Shown here one piece after another: positions 50,661 through 62,627 of a stretch of 64,000 nt of DNA. The stretch covers positions 12,958,001 to 13,022,000 of the forward strand of contig JBHGNT010000013.1 in the NCBI GenBank assembly GCA_043228905.1, given 5' to 3'. The notes beneath the pieces were generated by a model. The model was not told where the DNA came from, did no database searches, and was given only the letters and a program-made list of their open reading frames with translations. Each line of letters begins with the position of its first letter. The first letter of the stretch is position 1. A program made the position numbers and the translations under genes. This DNA comes from Azolla caroliniana (Eukaryota > Plantae > Polypodiophyta).

Positions 50661-52460
50661 CTACCGATGAGTTATAATGTCCCGACTGTCGATCGCCAAT
50701 TGGAATTGGTCATATCCGGAGTAGAGATCGCCAATGGAGTAGATGGACTGGCCCGCAAACGCTTCGGCAAATTCGTCCACGCTCGGACCGATTCCGGCAT
50801 TTCGAATTGTCACCTTGTTGACGGGTTGAAGATCTTGGATGAATCGCAATGATCCATTCTTCTTCGGCACCGTGAACCACCTATTGGAATAAGGAGCATT
50901 CGACGGTTCTAGAATTCCCATACTCACCTTCTCCTTTAAGAGCTCGATCAGCTTCGGAAGGTGTGCTCTCGGAACCGGTATCGGTTTCAAGTTCCAAGGC
51001 ACATGAGGCACCGTGAAGATCACCATCGGCTCTATAACCTTTGGGTCGGCGCATCTGATTTCTCGTGGGAAGAATGCGAAAGCCTTCCCATGTCTCTCAA
51101 GCATATCGCGAAAAATTCGGTCCTCTTCAGGGAGAAGGAAATTCTCCTTTCCAACTCGTAGCTTCCCCTTCATCTCTTTGGTGAAGACATGACCTATCTT
51201 CTTCGGATCTCTTAAGCTTGGATCGTTAGCGACTTCCTTCATCTTTTGCCAGCTATCTTCCGGTAGCGGAACCGCAACTGGCTTGATCTTCTTATCCACC
51301 GTTTTATATTTCGTGTTGATGTCAGCTTCCTTCATCGAGATGCCACGACGGTATTCATCGATGATAGCGTACATGTTGACGGAGTTAACCGAAATCACGC
51401 ATTGGTTGTGAAGATAGCTCAAGTCCACGACGTCCTCGATTTCGCCGATGGTGTCGTTAAATGAGGCTTCTTCCATAATATGAGTCACGAATTATGTTCT
51501 CTTCTTTCAGCATCTTCTCGAATTCTTGTATCCGGTGCTTGTGCTTCTTGTCGGGTAGTACTAGTTTACATGCGCCACTAGGTGTGACACATGTTGCTTC
51601 TCCTTGCAATCCATGCACTCTTCTTTCTTGTGGGGTCTTGTGATTGCTCGGACTATTTGTGCCCCATGCTTCAATAGTCCGCTCTAAAAATCCGAGGATT
51701 CGCCTCCGAGACTATCTCGATTCCTTTCATGATTGGCTCGCACCGTTAGGAATTGGACCGATCTTTGGTTGTCAAGACTCTTTATTCGTGCGAAGGCTGC
51801 TCCATTATCGAACACTCTGGTCTCCATCCGAGATGATGTGATATAAGGTTGCCCTAGGATGACAGGATGCGACGCCGATTCTTGTACGAAGAAGTGTTGA
51901 TCCATCTCCACATCCCCGATCGTGACTTTGACATTGGGACAAGCTCCGTACAAGTCCTCCGTAGACTTTGTTGCCGCGCGAATCTTCCATCCGTGGTTTG
52001 TATTGATTGGCCATCTTCCCTTTTGGTAGAAGTCGGTTGACATGAGGTTGATCTCCGAGCCGTGGTCGATCAAGGCTACGACGGTCTCTTTCTTCTCCCC
52101 GATCTTCACCGGCGTCTCCGTTGTCGCTCGTGCCCAATGAGGTCGAGTGTAGTGGTTGTCCACCATATCTTCATCGATTTCGTCTCTTGCCATCGTTATG
52201 GCATTCGTTTTTGCTTTTTGCGGCTTCTCTTCTTCCTCGTCCGATTGTTGTCTCTTTCTCTTTACAAGGTCCACGATCGTGTCATGGAACCCCTTGTTCA
52301 TAATGCCAAGCAATTCCCTCAAGGACAAAGTTACGTGGCTATCAAGAACTCGTTCTTCGAGAATCTTCTTTAGGTCTGTCGTCTGCTCTATGTCCGACCT
52401 TAGCTTATAGGTAGGTATAGTCCTTGCCCTCCGAGCGGGGTCTTCGTAACCAACCTTCAC
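50661..52460 (-). pseudogene. Gypsy protease and truncated RT
   Basis: ALIDHGSEINLM; PYSNRWFTVPKKNGSLRFIQDLQPVN and DLYSGYDQ, then an abrupt jump to integrase with no YxDD or RNase H. Confidence 0.88.
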
Positions 52461-52514
52461 GGGCCGAACCGTTTCTTCAACTCGTATGCTCGGCTCCCCT
52501 TTTCGGCTTGATTC

Positions 52515-53881
52515 TCATTCCTCCGTTTGTAAAGGTCGACTCGTCTCCGCATCATCCTTCTTTTTCGCGTTCCTTGTTTCATGTCCTTTCGATGGCCCTT
52601 GCTCTTCTATTCTCTTTCTCTTTTCTTCGACGAACACCTCGTGGTTGTCGCACATCACCTCTGCGAGTATGGTGTTGTCGTCCACCGGATCCGACCACCC
52701 GGTTATGCTTTGCACGCTTCGGTCCGCAAGCTCTACCTCGTTCAATGTGATTTTTCCCTTCTTCTCATATTCGAGAACGGAAGTCCAAAACTTTACTCCT
52801 GCTCTAGCAGCTTCAGTCTTGTCTTTCCCAACTCTTATTCCGGCCGACGCAGCATAGTGCATCGCATCCACATGAGTCGCATCGGCATCCTCCATAGATT
52901 TCTTCATTCCTCCTCTTCCGAAATTCACCCGTAGGGGTCTTCTAGTCTCGCTTGAGCAGATCATGTTGTCCTCTATGTATACGATATTTTGTCGAATCGC
53001 CTCTCGAGGCTCGCACAATCCCTTCTCATGTGGTCCATGCTATCGCACCACACGCATCTAAAGGGTTCTTTTCCTTTAGGGCCCCGACGATTCATGTTGG
53101 CTAGAGTGACCTTCTCGAACTTCTTCACTAGCTCTTCAATGATGTCGTCATCAATCTTCTTTTCTTCCACGTTACTTTGTCTTGGCGGCTCAGCTACTTT
53201 CGGCGGTCTTGCTTTGTCCATGGTAGTCGATCCCGTCAAGTCGGTGTCATCAACCCATTGGCAACGCTTGTCGAGCCTATTGCATGCCCGCTTCACCGCG
53301 ATCCAGTCCGCTACGAGCCCATTTGCTTGGGTATCATCTTCGAGAAGAGTCCCCAACTCCCATCTATCCTTTATGTCCACGGCCTTCAAGAAGTACAAAG
53401 TCTTGTCCTCTTCAAGCAACACTTGGTCCGTATTGGGGAGACGACTAAACATATGGTCGAATTCGTCGTACACCCTTGACACACTCATCTTCTTATTCTT
53501 CTTCTCTATCCACTTCATCAGGGCATGTCGAGTCATCCTCGTTGAGTCTTCAGTCACGAACTCCGCTAGTATCGTTTTCTCGAACTCGGACCATATTGTC
53601 TTACCTTCTTGAAGCTCGATGACGCGTCTTTGGATGTTGTTGGCGACAACTCTCTTGAAGCTTGCGATTTGACGTGCCTCGGACACGTCCCTTTGATTCA
53701 TCTCCCTTCAATATGCATCAAGGAACTTCGTAACGTTCCTTCCATCGAATTGGCCCTCGAGCTCTACGACACGATCGACAGCCTTCTCCACGCTCGCATC
53801 ATTGTCCCGAGATCTCATCATTTGCTCGCCGATTAGCATCATCCTTTCGAGCTCTCCCGCTTGGTTGCTTGAGGACGCCAT
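52515..53881 (-). pseudogene. Gypsy gag, frameshifted
   Basis: ATG at 53881 just after the PBS; CVWCDSMDHMRRDC zinc knuckle. Confidence 0.85.
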
Positions 53882-56800
53882 CTCCAAGTATTAATCTTGA
53901 CTTGATCCTTCCTACCGCCTCTTTCACGTCGGGTTCACCACTTAATTATGTCCTGAAGATCCGTCACTACGCGCGGATCGTGAGGCGGAACCGCTAGGGT
54001 TCTGGACCGGAAGGATTCAAAGTCGATACAAGCTTTGGCGAGAAAGTACTTAAGATAGATTGGGAAAGAGAGAAGTTGAGATTAAACGATTGAGAGAGAT
54101 TGATTGAACTTTTAACTTTAGATTTACGAAACAAGTTACACCATCAATTTGATAACGAATTTCTTCTTCTTAATTTTATAATAATAATAAAAACCCCCGT
54201 CTTTTTTCTCCTCCCCCTTCCCTCTTTTATAGATGCTCTCATGCATATGATGCATGTGAGGGTACAAGACATGCATAAATTGCATGTTTGCCATTTGGCG
54301 CTTATGTATTACATGTGGTACATGATAACCATGTCACTCATTTTAGTTCTCATGTATGAGAATTTACATGTAAAAGTACAATGATAGAAATATAATTTCA
54401 ACTAAATAGCATGGCTTAATGGTAAGCCAATTGACTCCTAACTTGGAGGTGCAAGGTTTGAATCCTTACTTGCCCTCCTTGTATATGTATATATATATTT
54501 ATATATTTATTTATTTAGTCGCCGGTTCGCCGGATGCCGTCCGGATACCGGTGCGTCACCAGATACCGGTGCGTCGCCGGATACCGTCGGTTACCGCTGC
54601 CGCTACCGGATGTCGTCGGATCACCGTCACCGGATTGCCGCCGGATCACCGGCTCAATCGCCAGTCCGGTTTTGGTTGGCCAAAACCCTTTACGAGTAGC
54701 TAGCCCACCTTCACTCTTAGTTCAAGTTACCTTGAACTCTCTATGCTCCACACATAGACACAAAGATAATATCTTTTGCTCCACCTTATATATGATGAGA
54801 GCTGTATTTGTCGTGCCTATGTGGGATATCTCACAATTTTCTCCTTTCCTTTTACAAACTTTATATCCTCATATCTTGACATTTAGTTGTCCGTTTCTCG
54901 TGTAATAAAGTGCATTCGAAACCTCTATCATTTTGTACTTAGATATTAAATCTATTTAAAATGTTATCTTCACAATTATTGTACTATGTGATTCATACTC
55001 GATTTCGTACGTTTTATGGGATTTTCACACTATTGCCGAAAATCTTCACGACACCGTCTACGACTAATGGCATTTCATGTTATAGACACACTCGGGGATT
55101 CAAGTCTTCTTAACTCCATTCGGGAGAATATTGCGACTGATGAATTTGCCCAACACATTCTGAACCATATTATCCTAGATCATGCTTCTTGTTAACAATC
55201 TCCAAATCTTCGTGAAGATTACAACTAGTTCAATTGGCATGATGGATTACTTTTTCGAAAAAATCTCTTATATGTGCCTGATGGTCCTTTTCGACTCCAA
55301 GACTTGCAACAATGTCATGACGCACCAATGACTGGACATTTCGGGATCCACAAGACTTTGACGTTAATTTTTCGAAGGTATTGGTGGCCACGACTTCGCC
55401 ATTTTGGTACGGAATATGTTTGTAATTGTGATACATGTTGCCGATCCAAAAAAACTCGACATCATCCATATGGCTTATTACAGCCAATGCCTATTCCTAA
55501 GAGTTCACGGAAATCTATTTCATTGGACTTCATTACAGATTAGCCCTTAGCCTACTCTTTGTAACCTTGTTTCCTCATAATATAATCTTATTTCCATTTC
55601 AAGTTTTATCTCTCGCTCTCTCTCTCTCTCTTATTCACGAGTCACGATAGTCCTCCAATTGTCGACATTCTTTTCCGTTAAGAATAACTATTCGTTTATG
55701 CATTTTTGGTTTGCTTATTATCAAGCTTAGATAGATAATACCTCCAACATTTTAATGTGGACAATACTAAAATCAATTCATAAAAACTACAAACAATTTT
55801 CCTGACTACTTATGGTGGTTGACTCAAAATCAAATGTTTGCTTCTCGGAGCTTGGAATCCTACATTTGTTGACTTTCTTTTAAAATCTTTGATGTTGTCG
55901 TCATTGATTTAAATCGACCCATTGTGTGGCAAACCAATACATATCACAATTTACAGAGGCGACATCAATCATGAATATTTGACCACTTAAGCCAAATGTG
56001 TCAATATTAGCCCGACTCCATATTTTGAAATTTTCCTAATATAACCGAAATTTTTTGCATTAACATAATGGAAACTAAGAAACTCATTAGACGGATTGCC
56101 CAAAATATTAATAGTTTTATTATCTCATGTTAAAAAATAAATATCCCAGCTTAGGAAGAAGTGGTCAACATATAGACTAAACTAAAAAAAATTTAACACA
56201 TTTGTGAACATTGGCTTCCCTATCTATCATTAAATCAGGCTTACTTAATGAAATGTAATTGCAATAAGCTAGTAGTGACCACATAAAGAGTAGTATTACC
56301 TTAAGAATAACTACTGTTTAGAATCTTTGATGTTATCGTCGTTGATTTACATCAAGTCATTGTGTGGCAAACCAATACTTATCCCAATTTAGAGAGGCAA
56401 CATCTATCATGACTATTTAACCCCTAGAGCCAAATGTGTCAATATTAGCCTGACTCCATATTTTGAAAATTTCCGAATATAACCGAATATTTTTGCATTA
56501 ACATAACGCCAACTAAGATAATCATTACACGGATTGCCCAAAATATTAATAGTTGTACTATTTCATGGTAAAAGCCAAACAAGTATGGCTATTTCGCCGA
56601 GTGGTTAAGGCATTTGACATGAAATCATATGGGTTTGCCCTTGTAGGTTCAAATCTTGCAATTGTCGAGATTCTTTTACTATGTTGTGGAAACTATTTAC
56701 TAACATTGAGCTTTTGTGCTTTAAACATTAAATATCCCAATAGTATTTAAATGTATGTGCACTAACATACTTGTCAACACTTAAATCATATCGCTACCCA

Positions 56801-56921
56801 AAGAATAAAGACTTATAATAGTCCGCTTTTCTTCTTTATTAGGATGCTTAGATACATAATATTTGATACATTTAATTACAACCAATACTAAAATATGTAA
56901 CTGTGACAAACAGCAGAATAG

Positions 56922-57002
56922 GACAACTTGGCTGAGTGGTTAAGGTGTTTGACTAGAAATCAAATGGGTTCACCCTCGTGTGTTCGAATCCTGGAGTTGC
57001 CG
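56922..57002 (+). pseudogene. tRNA-Ser(AGA)-derived copy
   Basis: Intact anticodon arm; T-stem mismatches. Confidence 0.7.
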
Positions 57003-57153
57003 ACTTTGTTTTAGTTAGTTGTTGACTACTTTCAATAACATCGAGATTTTGTGATGTGAACCAATGCATCTTCCGTCTTAGCAATATGACACACGCACAC
57101 AAGCATGACTTCTTAAGTCCCATGGAACAATTTTCACAATATAAAGCTAGTAT

Positions 57154-57234
57154 GACAATTTGGTCGAGTGGTTAAGGTGTTTGACTCGAAATCAAATGGG
57201 TTCGTCCTCCTAAGCTCAAATATTGCAGTTGCCG
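57154..57234 (+). pseudogene. tRNA-Ser(CGA)-derived copy
   Basis: CTCGAAA loop; B box destroyed; paralog of 13219. Confidence 0.7.
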
Positions 57235-57900
57235 AGATTTTTACACTTAGGTATTATTGCTAGTAACTTATATCGAGCTTGACATGTGCTCAACAATAAA
57301 TATCCCATCTTAGAAAGCATTGGTCACCACACAAAGAAAACTAAACTTTCTAATACGCATTTTGGAACATTAGCTTCCCTAGGTATCGTAAACACAACCT
57401 CACCTAGTGAAATGTAATTGCGATAACCTACTAGTGAGCACATAAATAGTAGTATTACCTTAAGAATAACTACTCTTTCTGGCGTTTTTGGTTCGCTTAT
57501 TATCAAGCTTAGATAGATATTATCTCCAACATTTTAGTGTGGACAATACTCAAATCTATTCATGAAAACTAGAAACACTTTTCCCCACTGCTTATGGTGG
57601 TTGACTCAAAATCAAATGTTTACTTCTCAGAGGTTGGAAACCTATATTTGTAGACTTTCTTTTAGAATATTTGATGTTGCGGTCGTTGATTTACATTGGG
57701 CCATTTTGTGGCAAACCAATACATATCAAAATTTAGAGAGGCAACATCTATCATGAATATATAACCGCTTAAGCCAAATGTGTCAATATTAGCCCGACTC
57801 CAAATATTTTTGCATTAACATAACACCAGTGAAAAAAATCATTAGACGGATTGCCCAAGATATTAATAGTTGTACTATCTCATAGAAGCCAACAAAATAT

Positions 57901-57981
57901 GGCAATTTGGCCGAGTGCTTAAGGTGTTTGACTTGAAATCAAATGTGTTCGCCCTCGTAGGTTCGAATCCTATAGTTGTCG
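57901..57981 (+). tRNA. trnS: tRNA-Ser(UGA), near-intact
   Basis: Acceptor, anticodon and T arms pair; A-box GG changed to GC and one variable-arm mismatch. Confidence 0.72.
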
Positions 57982-58314
57982 AGATTCGTTTACTAAGTTC
58001 TAGAAACTATTTACTAACATTCAGCTTCTGTGCTTTAAACATTAAATATCCCAATAGTAATCAAATGTATATGCACTAACATACTTGTGAACACTTAAAT
58101 CGTATCACTACCCAAAGAATGAAGACTTTTTTTTTTTTTTCAAAGTAAAGCTACTTTCCCATTAGTTAGGAAGGATTATTACATAGAGTCTATAAGGAGA
58201 TTTATAAACACATCAGGGAGACTTCCTCCGATCAAGCCAAAGAAGATGAGCCACTTACATTGCCTTGCGGCCTAACTTAATGTAAGAAGCTACCTATATC
58301 CAAGGCAATGCCCT

Positions 58315-61300
58315 TCAATGTGGCCTCGTACGAGTCGGCTCTGGGGGCCTACACTGAAGAGAGGGTGGCAGGTGAATAGGAAACAACCAACGTGGGGGCT
58401 GGTAGTTCCACCTCGGGCCACTCCCGCCTTGCATCACCATAGGTGTGTTCCGCCATTTCTGCCAAAAGCGCAAACGGGCAGTGGTCACGTCGTTGGAGTG
58501 GCTGCAAACCTCTTCTAGTTGCCCTCGTAGGCAGCTGATAAGCGCGAACCATATGTCCATGATCACTTCCTCCGGGGGCCGTACCGTACCTTGGAAGACC
58601 TTGAGGCAACGCGCTTTCCATATATACCACAAGGTGAAACCTGCGATCAACATCCAGATTTCTGGAAACCTAGGGGATGCGGGTTGCAAGCCTCTTTCAA
58701 AACGGATCTTGACGTTTTGCCTCTCGTGCATACATAGCACCAACTATCCGCATTGACGGCGTCCGTCCACCCTTCGACCGAGTGATCAATCCATGCCGCA
58801 GCGCTCCACGAGGCTGTTCCTTCAACGTCACATGCCACAAGGAGGCGAGTCACTCTATCCCATACCTTTTGAGCTTGAGGGCAATCCCACAAACAATGTC
58901 TCAGAGACTCAATAGGTAGAGAGCACAGTGGGCAGCCTAACGGGCCGCCACGTTTATCTAACCATTCACCAACGGGCACCACATTATGACCGATTTGCCA
59001 CCAAAAGAGCTTGATCTTTTCAAGCATGTGGAGACGCCAAAGACCCTTCCAAAAGGCAATGAGCGCCTCATCGGGGATGCCCAATGTTCGCCAGCCGTTG
59101 CGAAGGGGGCCGCCTCGCTGCAGTTGCAAAGTCCGACCCAATTTAGTGGTGTAATCGAAGAAGTGGTGGAGTCTATCGTCATGTTTCCATCTGAAATCCC
59201 CGGGGTCCCAATCCAGATCGACAAGGGGACGACAACCGTATACCCTTAACCTCCAATGGGGTTCCACCTTAGCAACATCCGGGTCTGTCTTCCAAATGTT
59301 ATCAATCTGTGCCACCACTCGGATTGGGTGCCAAGAGCCGCTGCTCTGGCTGTCCCCAAAAACTGTATCACTCCCCGATCCGCTCATGCCCTTTAGCGAC
59401 TTGACCATTCCAGCCTCGTCAAAGAGACCGAACCATGCATGTTCTCTCGCCTCCCCCATCGGAACCCTATCAACTGCCTCAGCTATCAGTCTCCGCATTT
59501 TCGTAGCTCCCTTGAGGGGAGGGAAAAGGTCCTCTTGGGCTCTTCCTGAATCAGCCATGCGTCTCCAATCGTCTATAGATAGGAGGCCTGTTTGTGCCAA
59601 CTTTCCCCATGCTAGGCCCTTAAGTTGCCCTAGCATCGCGTTGTCATTCGTTCGCACATGAGGATTCCAGAATAGTGGCTGTCTAGTCCATTCGGTCAAT
59701 GTCTTCGGGGTGTGCTTGACCAAATGTTGTCGTATATGGCACCATGCCCGCAAGATGGAGTTCGTGACCCTATCCTCTGGATGACAAGCCAGCCTGGGTG
59801 GGACTCCACTCGTGCAGCACCAATTCAAGGAGTCGGGCCAAGGCCTACCATACTTGGGAGTCCCTACTTGCAGCCTGTTGCGAAGAAGTACCTTCCAGCA
59901 CCCCTTACCTGGCAGGAGGCAGCGAACCACCATTTTAGCCAGCAATGCACGACTCTGCATTAAGGGGTCTATGAGGCCAAGCCCCCCTTTGGCCCGCGGT
60001 TGCGTTAACCAACACCATGAGACTCTGGCGGCAGCCCGTGGGTTGTCCTTACCTGACCATATAAACCCCCTAATGGCAGCCTTAATCGCGTGCAAACCTG
60101 TAGGGTCCATAATCCAGCATGAGACTGAGTGCCACATGGTAGCGAGCAGCACTTGGTTCGCCACAAGGACCCTACCAACGAAGGACAATTTTGATCTACT
60201 CCACTGGTTCAGCTTCTTACTTATTTTGGCTTGTACATGGGCCAATTGCGCTCCCTTGGGGATTGACCTCCCCATCGTAAATCCAAGGTACTTGAAAGTC
60301 GTCCCACTAGGGACCCACGTTAAATCGGCATGGGGTTGCCATCTTGGTGTCTCCTGTTCGCTGAACCATAGACCTTGGGTTTTATTCCAATTGATCTTGG
60401 CACCAGCCGCCTGACAAAAGTCCTCGACAAGATGTTCAGCCCGCTGTAAATTCTCCTCATCACCTTGCAAGAAAAGAACCGTATCGTCGGCATATTCAGA
60501 TAACAGCAAATCTTCAGTCGCATTGGGGATGGGCAATCCCCGCAGCCCGCTAGTTGGTGCTTGTAAGTAGGCGGAGAAAGCCTCGGTTATAAAGAGATAG
60601 AGATATGGGGCTAGGGGACAACCTTGCCTCACTGAGCGTTGTAGTTGGAAGGCGGGTCCCCTAGATCCAGCCATCAGCACGCTACTCGTAGCTGTCCGAT
60701 AGAGTGCAGAAGTGCAATTCCTCCATTTTTGAGGTAGGCCCAAAGCTCTCATCACATTTTCCAAAAAGGGCCATAACACCCTATCGTAGGCCTTCTCGAA
60801 GTCTAGCATCAGAATAGCCGAGCTCGATATGGAGCGACCGGCCAATGCCATAGCTTCCCAAAGAAGCAACACATTATCAAAGATACACCTGTTCTTGACA
60901 AACCCAGTTTGATTGTCGTGTATGATGTCCGGTAAGAAGCTTGCTAATCGTTGAGCTAGGACTTTAGCGAGTATCTTGTATGCCGTGTTAAGGATCGTGA
61001 TTGGACGCCATTGGCGCAACTCTAGGCTTCACTCTTGGGATTTGGGGATGAGATATATCATCCCCTCAGCCAGACCAATCGGCATCTTTCCTAAGGACCA
61101 AATCTCTTGGAACCCGGCTTCCAAGGACGGGATAACACATTCCCAATGAATCTCGAAGAAATCTCGTGAGAGACCATCGGGACCGGGGCATGCACCCCTT
61201 CACAATCCCCTAAGTGCCTCCGAGAGCTCTAAACGAGAGATGGGACTATCGAGCACAACTTCCATCTCTTGGGTTACCTTGGGGTGAATGCAAGACATCA

Positions 61301-62627
61301 CTCGATCAGCCAGCTCCGAGTTTTGCCGCACATGCATAGGTGCGAGGAGGTCACGATAGTATTGTGTTGCCATTTCCAGAACCTCAGTCTTGTCCTCCGT
61401 TATTGAGCCGTCTGGTTTTCGCAGCCCGTGTATACGTCCACCACCACCCTTGGGTGCCTTGTAGTGAAAGAAATGTCGGTTGACCTTGTCGTCTTTTCTA
61501 GCCCACCATGTTGCGTTTCTTCGAAACAACATTCGGTTCTTCTCCAAAGTCCTTTCATGTACCTTCATCTTTGCTTCCTCTAGTTTAGCTCTAGACCATT
61601 TGCAACCAGGGTCTACCTGTAACAGCCGTTGCGCTGCCGCAACGACCTTCCTTAATTTTGTTTCAATGGCTCTAACCTGTTGGAGGGCGCGCTTGGTCTC
61701 TTGTTGTAAAAAGGAGGAGGAGAGGGCCAATTTTTTCTGCAGATCTTCGCTGGCTGATTTACTGCCCATGGTGTCCTGCCATATACTCTGTAAACCGACC
61801 TTCACCTCTTCACTCTTCATGATCTTTATGGGGATCTTTACATTGAGACTGCCCTTGCTATCGTTGGGTGGGTTAAGGTCTATTCTCACCGGCTGATGAT
61901 CTGAAAAGGTAAGGCCTGCCAAGATAGCAAAGGAGCCCCCGAGCTCTTCGAGGGATGAGCTGATGTATATGCGGTCTAGCCGTGCAAGACTACCGCCCCT
62001 AGCATTCCCGGCGGCTCTAGAAAAGTGCAGCGAATGTGAGCTTCACCTAAGGGAAGAGCCCCATGTATCCTTCACCTCGATTTTGCCAATTAGGAAAGCC
62101 CATGAATCCAGCTCCGCACCATAAATAGGCCTCTGGGTCCCTCCTTTCCTATCTCCCATGTGTTTAGTCATGTTGAAATCACCTGCCATTACCCAAGCCT
62201 CGACATTAGGTAATGTTGTCGCTAGCATCCTCCAAAAGATTGCTCTCTCGGGGGCTAAGTTAGGGGCATAAATGTTTAGCACCCCAATCTGTAGGCGATT
62301 CCATTTCAGAAGCACGTATAAGGCCCGACCCTCCACCAGCGTGCCAGATGATGTTACTTCGTATCGGGCCTTATCGCTGATCGAGATGCAGACCCCTCCT
62401 CTTCGGTGGATGTCACCCTGCGCAGCCGACCACCATGTGGTCCACCCACCCGACAAGGGGTTTACTAAGCTCTGAGTTCGCTCTTGCGAGAGGTGGTGTT
62501 CCTGCAAAAGCAATATGTCAATATGGCCCCCTATATTAAGGGGATTCAACTCCTCCTGAAGTCTTCTACACTCTTGGTGTTGTCGGCCTCCACCAAGGCC
62601 CTGTACATTCCACGTTAGGATCCTCAT
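58315..62627 (-). pseudogene. LINE ORF2 (endonuclease, RT, zinc finger) with a few stops and a frameshift
   Basis: MRILTWNVQGL, LQE, NIYAP, GDFN, SDHQP; WRPITILN, LDFEKAYD, VRQGCPLAP, YADD, KYLG; CPLC...ESLRHCLWDC. Confidence 0.95.

Larger units (their letters stand above)
48181..55053 (-). mobile_element. Two-LTR tRNA-Trp-primed Ty3/gypsy element with 4-bp TSD CCGT, internally deleted
   Basis: LTRs at 48181-49307 and 53949-55053 (TGTCGTGAAGAT...ATCTTCACGACA); TSD CCGT; PBS TGGTGAACCCGACGTGAA; PPT GGTGGGGGTGGA; gag, protease LIDHGSEINLM, RT N-half and integrase. Confidence 0.95.
46838..55655. mobile_element. Rearranged chromovirus derivative, copy 4 (split by the gypsy insertion)
   Basis: LTR(-) to 47172; chromodomain relic; internal tandem duplication ~47445-47970; integrase zinc finger resumes at 55058. 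Confidence 0.85.
55655..58126 (+). repeat. tRNA-Ser tandem array, block 4
   Basis: Units at 56587, 56922 (AGA), 57154 (CGA) and 57901 (UGA); colinear with block 2, with deletions. Confidence 0.95.
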
